Below, piece after piece: positions 34,030 through 41,642 of a stretch of 64,000 nucleotides of DNA. Made by a program: the position numbers and the translations under genes. Origin of the DNA: Desulfobaccales bacterium (GTDB taxonomy: Bacteria > Desulfobacterota > Desulfobaccia > Desulfobaccales > 0-14-0-80-60-11); NCBI GenBank assembly GCA_052147455.1, contig JBKQKO010000001.1, forward strand, positions 9,379-73,378. Reading direction: 5' to 3'. The stretch's first letter is position 1; every line of letters starts with the position of its first letter. The notes beneath the pieces were generated by a model that saw only the letters and a list, made by a program, of their open reading frames with translations, searched no databases and was not told the DNA's origin.

Positions 34030-34407
34030 ATGAAAACGATGGCGATCGTCGGTCTCCTGGGGGTCGGCATAATATTCGCCCCTCGACCTACCATGTGCGT
34101 CAGCATGTCCATTGTCACGGTTACCGCTTATTGTTATCCGTCGGCCTATTGCCCCGGCTCCTCCAAGGGGATCACCGCCTCGGGCGAACGGGTGCGGGAA
34201 GGCATCCTGGCGGTTAGCCGGGATGTGGAAGAGGGCATGAACCTGGGGTTCGGCGACCGGGTCTTGTTGAATGGGCTGGGGGTCTATGAGTTTAAAGACC
34301 GCATGGCCTCTCGGATGCACAAGAAAGTGGACATCTATATGAGCTGCAAGGAAAGGGCCATACATTTCGGGGTGCGGCGCTATGTGGTCCTGGTGAAGCT
34401 GGCTTGA
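34030..34407 (+). CDS. 3D-domain (MltA/RlpA-like barrel) secreted protein
   Basis: An N-terminal signal or anchor is followed by VTAYC...GITASGERVREGILAVSRDV...GDRVLLNGLGVYEFKDRMASRMHKKVDIYM, the Asp pattern of 3D domains. Confidence 0.7.
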   Translation: MKTMAIVGLLGVGIIFAPRPTMCVSMSIVTVTAYCYPSAYCPGSSKGITASGERVREGILAVSRDVEEGMNLGFGDRVLLNGLGVYEFKDRMASRMHKKVDIYMSCKERAIHFGVRRYVVLVKLA

Positions 34408-34416
34408 ATCCCGTCC

Positions 34417-34977
34417 TCACTTAACCCTCTCAATATAACCGCCGGTGCGGCTGTCTACCTTGACCCGGTCCCCTTCATTGATGAATAAGGGCACCTGGAT
34501 GTTGGCACCGGACTCCAGGACCGCGGGCTTGGTCCCGCCAGCCGCGGTGTCGCCTTTGAATCCGGGTTCGGTCTGAGCCACCGCCAGCTCCACAAAGTTG
34601 GGCAACTCCACCCCCACCGCCTCTTTATTGAAGAAGAGGACCTTGAGGTCCAGGTTTTCAATGAGATAGAGGTGCGCCTCACCCACCTGCGCCTCGGTGA
34701 GCATGATCTGCTCGTAGCTGTCGTTGTCCATCATGCAGTAGCGGTCCCCCTCCCGGTAGAGATACTGCATCTCCCGTTCCATGAGGTCCGGCTTCTTGAC
34801 CCGCTCCCCCGAGCGGAAGGTCTGATCCACCACCCGCCCGCTGAGGAGGTTTTTCAGCTTAGTGCGCACAAAGGCGCCACCTTTGCCGGGCTTGACGTGT
34901 TGAAAATCTACTATGATGTATGGAGTGCCGTCCAACTCGATCTTCAGGCCTTTTTTAAACTCGGTGGTGGAGTACAT
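34417..34977 (-). CDS. efp: Elongation factor P
   Basis: MYSTTEFKKGLKIELDGTPYIIVDFQHVKPGKGGAFVRTKLKN. I placed the start at ATG 34977, giving 186 aa. Confidence 0.93.
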   Translation of the reverse strand: MYSTTEFKKGLKIELDGTPYIIVDFQHVKPGKGGAFVRTKLKNLLSGRVVDQTFRSGERVKKPDLMEREMQYLYREGDRYCMMDNDSYEQIMLTEAQVGEAHLYLIENLDLKVLFFNKEAVGVELPNFVELAVAQTEPGFKGDTAAGGTKPAVLESGANIQVPLFINEGDRVKVDSRTGGYIERVK

Positions 34978-35104
34978 AGGCCAGCTTTTCCCTTCCGTGT
35001 CGTGAAATACCAAGCTCTACGAAGTGGGGCGCCACCCTGAGGCTATCCGGCTTTACCGGGGCAACCCGCAGCCGTGGCGAGTTAAACGGCCACCCCTCCT
35101 GGCT

Positions 35105-35578
35105 TCAGCGGGTATTCTGGGGGCTGGGTTTGGGAGCCCCCACCAGGTAATCCCGAGGCCAGGGGTGCTTGCCGGCTTCCGGCGGGGCTCCGGCCTCGGC
35201 TGGGGACTCAGCAAGAGGGCCGCCGGCGGGCGGCGAGGGTGATGCGGAGTGCTGACTTTGGCCAGGGGGCAACTGAAAGATTATCTCGGTTTTCTTAACG
35301 AAATTCAACTCCCGGTGAATGAGATCCTGGATCATTGCCGGATCGTTCTGCAAGCGGTCGATGGTGCGGGCCAGGCGGGCGTTCTCCTCGGCCAGGCGGG
35401 CGTTCTCCTGATCCAGACGCAACTGTTCCTGATGAGAGCAGTAGATCTGATAGAGGCTCCGGTGGCTGAAGAACACCATGACCAGGATCATCCCCCCCAG
35501 GATGACGACCAATCCGGTCAGCAGTCTATGGCTGCTCTTTGGGCTGGCGACCTCGAATGGAGCAGTCGGCGCAGTCAT
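35105..35578 (-). CDS. ftsB: Septum formation initiator (FtsB/DivIC family)
   Basis: A single TM helix is followed by a coiled coil (LRLDQENARLAEENARLARTIDRLQNDPAMIQDLIHRELNFV) and a Pro-rich tail. Confidence 0.6.
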   Translation of the reverse strand: MTAPTAPFEVASPKSSHRLLTGLVVILGGMILVMVFFSHRSLYQIYCSHQEQLRLDQENARLAEENARLARTIDRLQNDPAMIQDLIHRELNFVKKTEIIFQLPPGQSQHSASPSPPAGGPLAESPAEAGAPPEAGKHPWPRDYLVGAPKPSPQNTR

Positions 35579-35852
35579 ATTTTCCCCCCCCACCCAGACT
35601 TCAGAATTGATTTTGCCTCAAAAATTTCTCGAATGCAAGCAAAAATGAGGGTTTTGGGGGGGTGGCGCGAGGATAACTGATATTTTTGACTAAGTCGCGG
35701 TTCCGGCAAAGAGTTTTTTATAATTTCGGGTATTTTGGGTAAGGGTGAGACCGGGGCGAGGCCACGAGTTTCGTCTCAAGTGAGAAAAGCAGATCTTAAT
35801 CCCGGAGCCCGGACCTTCTCTCCGGAAGATGAGGTCTGGTCCAGGGCCTCTA

Positions 35853-35881
35853 TTGACAAGTGCGGGTAAAAATTATAGATT
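35853..35881 (+). promoter_or_regulatory. Promoter candidate
   Basis: TTGACA (35853-35858), a 17-nt spacer and TAGATT (35876-35881). Confidence 0.4.
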
Positions 35882-35938
35882 TTTGCCAGTTAGGGGATCC
35901 GTGAAAAAGGATTCCAACCGTCAGGTGAGAGGAGCAAA

Positions 35939-37021
35939 GTGACGAAGAGCGAGCTGCCCTTGACTCCCATGGCCGCCACCGGCGTCGGTTCGGTGCCTTT
36001 TACCGATCCGCAGGAGGCGGTGTCCCTGATCCTGGAGGCCATGCCCGGGATGCCCTATTGGCCTCAAATGGTGCGCTTGGGGTTTAGGGAGGAGATGACT
36101 GCCCAGGCCGCCGGGGGCCTGGCGGCCTTGAAGATCGACGAGGTGGCCCGCACCGTGCAGGTGGACCCGGATGTTCCCCGGGACCAGGCCCTGGCGGAAT
36201 TTTATGAGGCGGTCCTGGCTGGTGAGCTAACCCCATTTGCCATGGAGGAGGAGGAGGCCCGCGGGTTCTTTGCCCTGCTCCGGGCCGCGGCTGCCGGAGA
36301 GCTTCCCTGCCAGACTTTAAAAGGTCAACTGGCGGGACCGGTGACCTTTGCCGGGATGGTCAAGGACCAGGAGGGCAAGGCCATCCTGTTCGACCGGGAA
36401 CTGACCCAGGCGGTCTGCCTGGGTCTGGCCCGCAAGGCCGCCTGGCAGGCCCGCAGGTTCCTGGATGTGGGGAAGGCCCCGGTCATCTTTTTGGATGAGC
36501 CTTATCTTACCGGTTTCGGGTCCGCATATTTACCCATCTCCCGGGAGGAAGTCCTGGAGATCCTGGGCGAGACCATCGGAGAGATGCGCCAGGCCGCGGA
36601 CGCTCCCGTGGTCGTGGGCCTGCACTGTTGCGGCAACACTGACTGGGGTCTGCTGCTGGAGGCCCCCATCGATCTTCTCAGTTTCGATTCCTATGGTTAC
36701 TTTGAAAGCCTGCAACTGTATGGGCAGGCGCTGGTGAAATTTTTTCAGCGGGGCGGCTGGCTAGCCTGGGGGCTGGTGCCCACCGGCGAGGATTTCCGCC
36801 ACGAAACCGCCGAGGGCCTGTGGATGCGGTTCACCCGGCAAGTGGCCCAACTGGCGCAGGAGCTTAAGACCACCCCCAGGGAGATTCTGTCCCGGGGCAT
36901 TCTCACCCCGGCTTGCGGCATGGGTTATCTCAGTCCGGACGAGGCCCGGCGGGCCTTGAGGATTCTGGCGAACCTGAGCGCCCGGGGCCAAGAGTGGTTG
37001 GCATCAATGGAAGGCGGGTGA
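35939..37021 (+). CDS. MetE-C-terminal/UROD-like methyltransferase-family protein
   Basis: The protein is 360 aa with a GTG start downstream of GAGAGGAG. The N-terminus is GVGSVPFTDPQEA and a metal-site-like HCCGNTDW is present. The assignment is tentative. Confidence 0.45.
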   Translation: MTKSELPLTPMAATGVGSVPFTDPQEAVSLILEAMPGMPYWPQMVRLGFREEMTAQAAGGLAALKIDEVARTVQVDPDVPRDQALAEFYEAVLAGELTPFAMEEEEARGFFALLRAAAAGELPCQTLKGQLAGPVTFAGMVKDQEGKAILFDRELTQAVCLGLARKAAWQARRFLDVGKAPVIFLDEPYLTGFGSAYLPISREEVLEILGETIGEMRQAADAPVVVGLHCCGNTDWGLLLEAPIDLLSFDSYGYFESLQLYGQALVKFFQRGGWLAWGLVPTGEDFRHETAEGLWMRFTRQVAQLAQELKTTPREILSRGILTPACGMGYLSPDEARRALRILANLSARGQEWLASMEGG

Positions 37022-37097
37022 TGAGCCAGGGGTGATGGGTGAGGCGCTCACCCACCAGGTGTCACCTATCACGCTAATTACTCCCAGGAGACGCTGA

Positions 37098-37511
37098 ATG
37101 AAGGTCAAGGAAGTGATGGTCAAGGAAGTGGCCACCCTGGATGTTAACGACGAACTCAGTCTGGCCAACGACATCATGCGATTAGGGAGGATCCGGCATC
37201 TGCCGGTGGTGGATGGCGCCAGGCTGGTGGGGATCGTTTCGGAGCGGGACCTGTTTCGCAGTTCCCTGGCCCAGGCCCTGGGTTGCGGCGGCCAGACCCC
37301 TCGCGAACTGATGAAGGCCGTGCGCATTAAGGACATCATGGTGCGAGAGCTGGTCACTATCTCCCCGGAGCTAAATCTGTGCAAGGCCGTCAGGATGATG
37401 GTTGACAAGAAGATCGGCTGCCTGCCGGTGGTGGACCAGGACCGCCTGGTGGGCCTGATTACCGAAACCGATATTATGCTGCAATATCTTAAGGGCTGCG
37501 GCAGCGAATAA
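37098..37511 (+). CDS. CBS-pair domain protein
   Basis: There are two CBS motifs (HLPVVDGARLVGIVSERDL and CLPVVDQDRLVGLITETDI). The protein is 137 aa. Confidence 0.85.
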   Translation: MKVKEVMVKEVATLDVNDELSLANDIMRLGRIRHLPVVDGARLVGIVSERDLFRSSLAQALGCGGQTPRELMKAVRIKDIMVRELVTISPELNLCKAVRMMVDKKIGCLPVVDQDRLVGLITETDIMLQYLKGCGSE

Positions 37512-37544
37512 GGCGGTTTCCGGTTTTCGGTAAACAGGAAAAAA

Positions 37545-37586
37545 GGGCCTGGGAGAGCTTTACTCTCCCGGGCCCTTTTCCATTTT
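37545..37586 (+). terminator. Rho-independent terminator
   Basis: A 13-bp stem GGGCCTGGGAGAG-CTTTA-CTCTCCCGGGCCC is followed by TTTTCCATTTT. Confidence 0.75.
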
Positions 37587-37589
37587 CTA

Positions 37590-37651
37590 GTGTGATCCTT
37601 CAAAATCGCTAGGACATTTCAAACTACGGTTTTTTAACCCCCCTTTGAAAA
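37590..37651. repeat. ~197-bp MITE-like repeat, copy 1, left part (split by the IS insertion)
   Basis: It aligns with 56810-56873 and ends with TTTGAAAA. Confidence 0.85.
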
Positions 37652-37683
37652 CGGGATATTATACTTTACAAACCCAAAAGGAG

Positions 37684-38529
37684 GTGGTATGCTTTGACCA
37701 ATCAAATGAATTAAATCCTCTGCGATTGGTGAGCCTCTTGGAAATTTTACAAGTTCATGCAGATGTTTTTGTAATGTTAATGAGTACAATGCAAGTCATA
37801 GAGAGTACACTTCTAACTATAGCTAAACTACCAGCCGTTGATACTGATAAATTTATAAAATATAGAGACAATTTAGAAGAACCCTTAGCAGGTTTATTTG
37901 CAGAATGTAGGCAGTTAGAGTTGGATGGCTCTCTGCGAATGATTAATATAATAATTAATAAGTTACCCAATCTGGATGCAAGTGGATTAACAGCAAATAT
38001 AGCAACACTTCGGGAGATGATTTGGGCTGAGTTGGGGGATCGCTTTGTATTACACATACCCCAACAACGCCTTATATGGTTTGATAATGCAAATAGTTTT
38101 GGTAATGAAACTGTTATTGCCTTTAAAAAAGCTATTCCCGATATTACAGAAGCTGGAAATTGTTACGCGTTAGGTTTATATACCGCTTGTATTTTCCATT
38201 TAATGCGTGTTCTTGAACATGGCCTTGGTGCGCTCACAAAAGATGTTGACCTAAAATTCTATCGACAATCTTGGGGCACAATCATAAATAAGATTCGTGA
38301 GAAAATTGATGATGAAATAAAATTACTAAACAAACAACCTAAGGACCCTTCAAGAACTGACAGATTAACATTTCTTTCGCAGGCCGCAAAAGAATTTGTT
38401 TATTTTAAGGATGGTTGGCGTAATTATGCTATGCATGGTTTAGAAGAATATGATGCTCCAAAAGCCTTAAGCGTTCTTAATCATGTAAAAGCATTTATGG
38501 CTCATCTTTCAACTCGGTTGACTGAATAG
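37684..38529 (+). CDS. Passenger ORF: HEPN/Abi_C-like protein (Rx4H motif WRNYAMHG)
   Basis: The C-terminal half has a HEPN-like helix pattern (DITEAGNCYALGLYTACIFHLMRVLEHGL ... FKDGWRNYAMHGLEEYD). The track's TTG start at 37645 lies outside the element, so the start must be internal. GTG 37684 is a guess, and 37726 or 37774 are also possible. Confidence 0.55.
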   Translation: MVCFDQSNELNPLRLVSLLEILQVHADVFVMLMSTMQVIESTLLTIAKLPAVDTDKFIKYRDNLEEPLAGLFAECRQLELDGSLRMINIIINKLPNLDASGLTANIATLREMIWAELGDRFVLHIPQQRLIWFDNANSFGNETVIAFKKAIPDITEAGNCYALGLYTACIFHLMRVLEHGLGALTKDVDLKFYRQSWGTIINKIREKIDDEIKLLNKQPKDPSRTDRLTFLSQAAKEFVYFKDGWRNYAMHGLEEYDAPKALSVLNHVKAFMAHLSTRLTE

Positions 38530-38674
38530 TTTGTCGTCTCTTTTTAATAATTTTGCTCAATGCTTCTTCAAAGGCTTTTTTTGCATCGGGGTTGTCGATT
38601 CGCTTGGCAGCCTCAATAAACCGGGCATATTGCTCTTTGTCATCGGGTTCGGGTTTACTCTTTTTTGCATTCAT
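38495..38674 (-). CDS. Passenger small ORF (59 aa, below the ORF-track cutoff)
   Basis: I translated it by hand as MNAKKSKPEPDDKEQYARFIEAAKRIDNPDAKKAFEEALSKIIKKRRQTIQSTELKDEP. Its ATG overlaps the upstream stop (TAATG). Its 3' end overlaps the convergent HEPN-like ORF by 35 nt. Confidence 0.4.
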   Translation of the reverse strand: MNAKKSKPEPDDKEQYARFIEAAKRIDNPDAKKAFEEALSKIIKKRRQTIQSTELKDEP

Positions 38675-38955
38675 TAGTGCTGTTCTCCCTCTGTTTCAGG
38701 TTTGGCAGGACCCTTATAAGGCACGTATATAGCTGTTTCTGGTGGCGGGACTATCTTTTCGCCATAGTAGGTATAAAGGTTGCCAGTAAGCGTATCAAAG
38801 ACCAGAGTATGTACATAACCACCATATTTATTTTTTACTTGGTAGACTTCTTTCTTTAATTCATACCTCCCCTTAAGGGCTTGTAGACCGAAAATGAGCA
38901 GGAAAATGACCGCCAAAACCAGGATTGCAGGCTTAAACAATTTATCTATATTCAT
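38674..38955 (-). CDS. Passenger small membrane-anchored protein (93 aa)
   Basis: GAGGA lies 9 nt upstream of ATG 38955. An N-terminal TM helix (PAILVLAVIFLLIFGL) is followed by a Tyr/Pro-rich soluble part. Confidence 0.5.
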   Translation of the reverse strand: MNIDKLFKPAILVLAVIFLLIFGLQALKGRYELKKEVYQVKNKYGGYVHTLVFDTLTGNLYTYYGEKIVPPPETAIYVPYKGPAKPETEGEQH

Positions 38956-38982
38956 TTTTACGGTCCTCAAAATAGGATGAAT

Positions 38983-39273
38983 TTATGTCTTTTCACTTCG
39001 GCCCCGAATGGTATTGGGATCAAACCCGCCCGGAAGCCATTCGGGCGCATGTTCAAATGGAAGAATTCCATAAAGGACTCCAACAGCGTCGGCGGCAGAG
39101 ACAAGATAGGAAAGAGGTGCAGGATTTTCTTGAAAGTTCACTACCCAGACATTTTCTGCTAGGCATGAAACATTTGGGTATGTGTGTAATTCTACTTTTG
39201 CTGTCTTTAAAAAACGTTCCCATTTATTTGGTTCAACTCCTGAAATCCGAGCAACGAAAAGGGCGCTGTGCAT
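38983..39273 (-). CDS. Passenger hypothetical protein (96 aa)
   Basis: GGGAG lies 6 nt upstream of ATG 39273. It sits directly downstream of the transposase stop on the same strand. I recognise no family. Confidence 0.45.
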   Translation of the reverse strand: MHSALFVARISGVEPNKWERFLKTAKVELHTYPNVSCLAENVWVVNFQENPAPLSYLVSAADAVGVLYGILPFEHAPEWLPGGFDPNTIRGRSEKT

Positions 39274-39297
39274 AATTACTCCCATTCCTTTGATTTG

Positions 39298-40221
39298 TTA
39301 ATGAGTCGTTTGATAAGTGAGTCTTTTACCAACAACGCCACAAAGGAGTTTTTCGGCCCGCTCGGTATCGTCAATGCCCCTGGCAATACGCTTGCCATAG
39401 CGGAAGTCAAACTCGGCAAGATAGCGGTGAAGATGATGTTTCTTGCAATGCTGGTACACACCCTTCATACCACGTTTGAAGATGGAGAAAAAGCCCTCCA
39501 CGGTGTTGGTGTGAATGGAAGGATCGGCAAGCGAAACATACTCCCCGGTGCTGTGGCAGATGGCCTCATGCTCCGCAAAGTGTTCTTTCAGATATTTGTA
39601 TTGACCTGCATCATCGGTCATAACCCTGGCTTCATGGGCAATATTATCTTTCAAGATCGGGACAATGGTAGCGGCATTGAGGCTGTCAATTACGATGCTC
39701 CGGGCTTCGCCGGAATCCCGATCCACCAGGGAAAGAACCTTGCGCTTGTGGGCGTATCCACGGCGCTTGGGCATATTAGCTTCATTCCATAGAAAGGTTT
39801 CGTCAACTTCCACGATTCCACCATTGGAGCCAAAAGGAGTTAATACACCTTCTCTCATAGCTTCACGGATACGATGACCCATGAACCAGGCGGTTTTGAG
39901 AGTCACCCCAAGGGTTCTATGAAGCTGATTAGCACTAAAGCCCTTCTTGGATGCAGACAACAGGTATATCGCCTGGAGCCAGAGGCGCATAGAAACGTGA
40001 CTATCCTCAAAGATGGTCCCGATCTTGACGGTAAACTGTTTTCGGCAGGCATAGCACTTATAGAGGCCAATGCGGGTAGCCTTGCCGTTCATCTTGCTGA
40101 TACGCTCCCGGCTTCCACAGTGAGGGCAAACTGGACCGTTGGGCCAAATTTTGGATTCAGCGAAGGCATAGGCAGCTTCTTCACTGAGGAATTGGGGAGC
40201 CGAAAAAATTGATTTACTCAT
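39298..40221 (-). CDS. IS1595-family transposase (zinc-ribbon + ISXO2-like DDE domain)
   Basis: AAGGAG lies upstream of ATG 40221. The N-terminal zinc ribbon is CPHCGSRERISKMNG...YKCYACRKQFTVKIGTIFEDSHV, followed by LWLQAIYLLSASKKGFSANQLHRTLGVTLKTAWFMGHRIREAM and then the catalytic region (VEVDETF...). Confidence 0.88.
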   Translation of the reverse strand: MSKSIFSAPQFLSEEAAYAFAESKIWPNGPVCPHCGSRERISKMNGKATRIGLYKCYACRKQFTVKIGTIFEDSHVSMRLWLQAIYLLSASKKGFSANQLHRTLGVTLKTAWFMGHRIREAMREGVLTPFGSNGGIVEVDETFLWNEANMPKRRGYAHKRKVLSLVDRDSGEARSIVIDSLNAATIVPILKDNIAHEARVMTDDAGQYKYLKEHFAEHEAICHSTGEYVSLADPSIHTNTVEGFFSIFKRGMKGVYQHCKKHHLHRYLAEFDFRYGKRIARGIDDTERAEKLLCGVVGKRLTYQTTH

Positions 40222-40285
40222 GGCTATCTCCTTCTTATGAATCAAGATAGCACAGGGTTTGGGGTTTGTCAAGTATAATATTGCG

Positions 40286-40426
40286 TTTGAAAAAGGGGGG
40301 CAGGGGGGATTTAAAATAACCTCCTGAAATCCCCCTAAATCCCCCTTTTCCAAAGGGGGACTTTAATACCCTGGGAACTTAGGTTTTCATTTGATTTAAT
40401 GCCATGGTATTTACGAAGCCTAATAC
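40286..40426. repeat. ~197-bp MITE-like repeat, copy 1, right part
   Basis: It starts with the duplicated TTTGAAAA and aligns with 56866-57006. Confidence 0.85.
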
Positions 40427-40466
40427 CAGTTAATTTTTGACCGAAAATTGAAAACCGGAAACCGCC

Positions 40467-41384
40467 TTAAATATAGGTGAGCCAGTCCCGATAGCGCGGG
40501 TCCTGGCCCAGGACCAGGTCAAAGAAGGTGGTCTGCAGTTTCAGGGTGATGGGGCCAGGTTTCCCAGGGCCAATGACCCGGCCGTCCACTTCCCGGATGG
40601 GGGTGACTTCGGCGGCGGTGCCGGTGAGGAAGGCCTCGTCGGCCAGGTAGAGTTCATCCCGGGAGAAGAGGTCTTCCCTCACCGGCAAGCCCAGGTCCTG
40701 GGCCAGGGTGATGATACTGGCGCGGGTGATCCCCGACAACACCGAGGTCAGTGGCGGCGTGCGCAGCACCCCATCCGAGACGATGAAGATGTTCTCCCCG
40801 GAGGCCTCGGCCACATAGCCGTCGGTATCCAGCATCAGGGCCTCGTCAAAACCCAGGTAGGTGGCTTCCCGCTTGGCCAGGATGGAGTTGACATAGTTGG
40901 CCGTGGTCTTGGCCTTGGTCATCATGACGTTGACGTGGTGCCGGGTGAACGAGGAGATTTTGGCCCGGATACCATTCTTCAGGCCCTCCTCTCCCAGATA
41001 AGCTCCCCAAACCCAACTGATGAGGGCCACCCGGATGGGGTTGTCCTGGGGATGCAGGCCCATGACTCCTTCGCCCACAAACACCAGGGGGCGCAGGTAG
41101 GCGGATGCCTGGCCGTTCCGCCGCAGCAGGTCGCAGCAGACCTCCTCGATTAAGGAACGGCTGAAGGGGATCTCCATCTGCATAATGTGGGCGGAGTCGT
41201 ACAGCCGGCGGATATGCTCCTTCAGGCGAAAAATGGCGGTGCGGCCGTCCTGGCAGTGGTAAGCCCGGATACCCTCGAAGACCCCCAGTCCATAATGCAA
41301 AGAATGGGTCATGATGTGCACCTGGGCCTCAGCCCAGGGGATGAATTTGCCGTCCAGCCAGATATATTTAGCCTTCTCCACCAT
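40467..41384 (-). CDS. ilvE: Branched-chain amino acid aminotransferase (class IV)
   Basis: The protein is 305 aa, with [12 protein letters not shown] and [16 protein letters not shown]. Confidence 0.9.
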   Translation of the reverse strand: MVEKAKYIWLDGKFIPWAEAQVHIMTHSLHYGLGVFEGIRAYHCQDGRTAIFRLKEHIRRLYDSAHIMQMEIPFSRSLIEEVCCDLLRRNGQASAYLRPLVFVGEGVMGLHPQDNPIRVALISWVWGAYLGEEGLKNGIRAKISSFTRHHVNVMMTKAKTTANYVNSILAKREATYLGFDEALMLDTDGYVAEASGENIFIVSDGVLRTPPLTSVLSGITRASIITLAQDLGLPVREDLFSRDELYLADEAFLTGTAAEVTPIREVDGRVIGPGKPGPITLKLQTTFFDLVLGQDPRYRDWLTYI

Positions 41385-41642
41385 CCATCCGCCCTCCTAA
41401 GGAGCATCTGGAAATTTTTATCGTTTCCCAGGGCGCTTGTCAAACGGTTTTCCCCCGGATATCATTGCCTCCGGGCCTCCTTTTCCGGTATGATGAGCCT
41501 GGCCGGCTAGCAATATTTATTACCAGCCATCTCAAAACCATGGTTTTTAGGGGCACCCGGGCTGTCCCCCCCGTTAAAGGCGGAGACGCGGGACCGTTCT
41601 TCCCTGTAAACACGGGATCTCCTCTGGAGGAATCTGTTCATC

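Larger units (their letters stand above)
37652..40285. mobile_element. IS1595-family transposon with passenger genes (2,634 bp)
   Basis: The left IR is CGGGATATTATACTTTACAAACCC and the right IR (reverse complement) is CGCAATATTATACTTGACAAACCC, matching at 21/24 positions. An 8-bp direct repeat TTTGAAAA flanks both ends. An empty-site homologue lies at 56866-56873. The interior is AT-rich. Confidence 0.9.

Noticed and set aside
37645-37683. TTG 37645 as the start of the HEPN-like ORF
   Set aside because: That codon lies in the target-site duplication outside the IS, so it is created by the insertion context. The native start must be inside the element.
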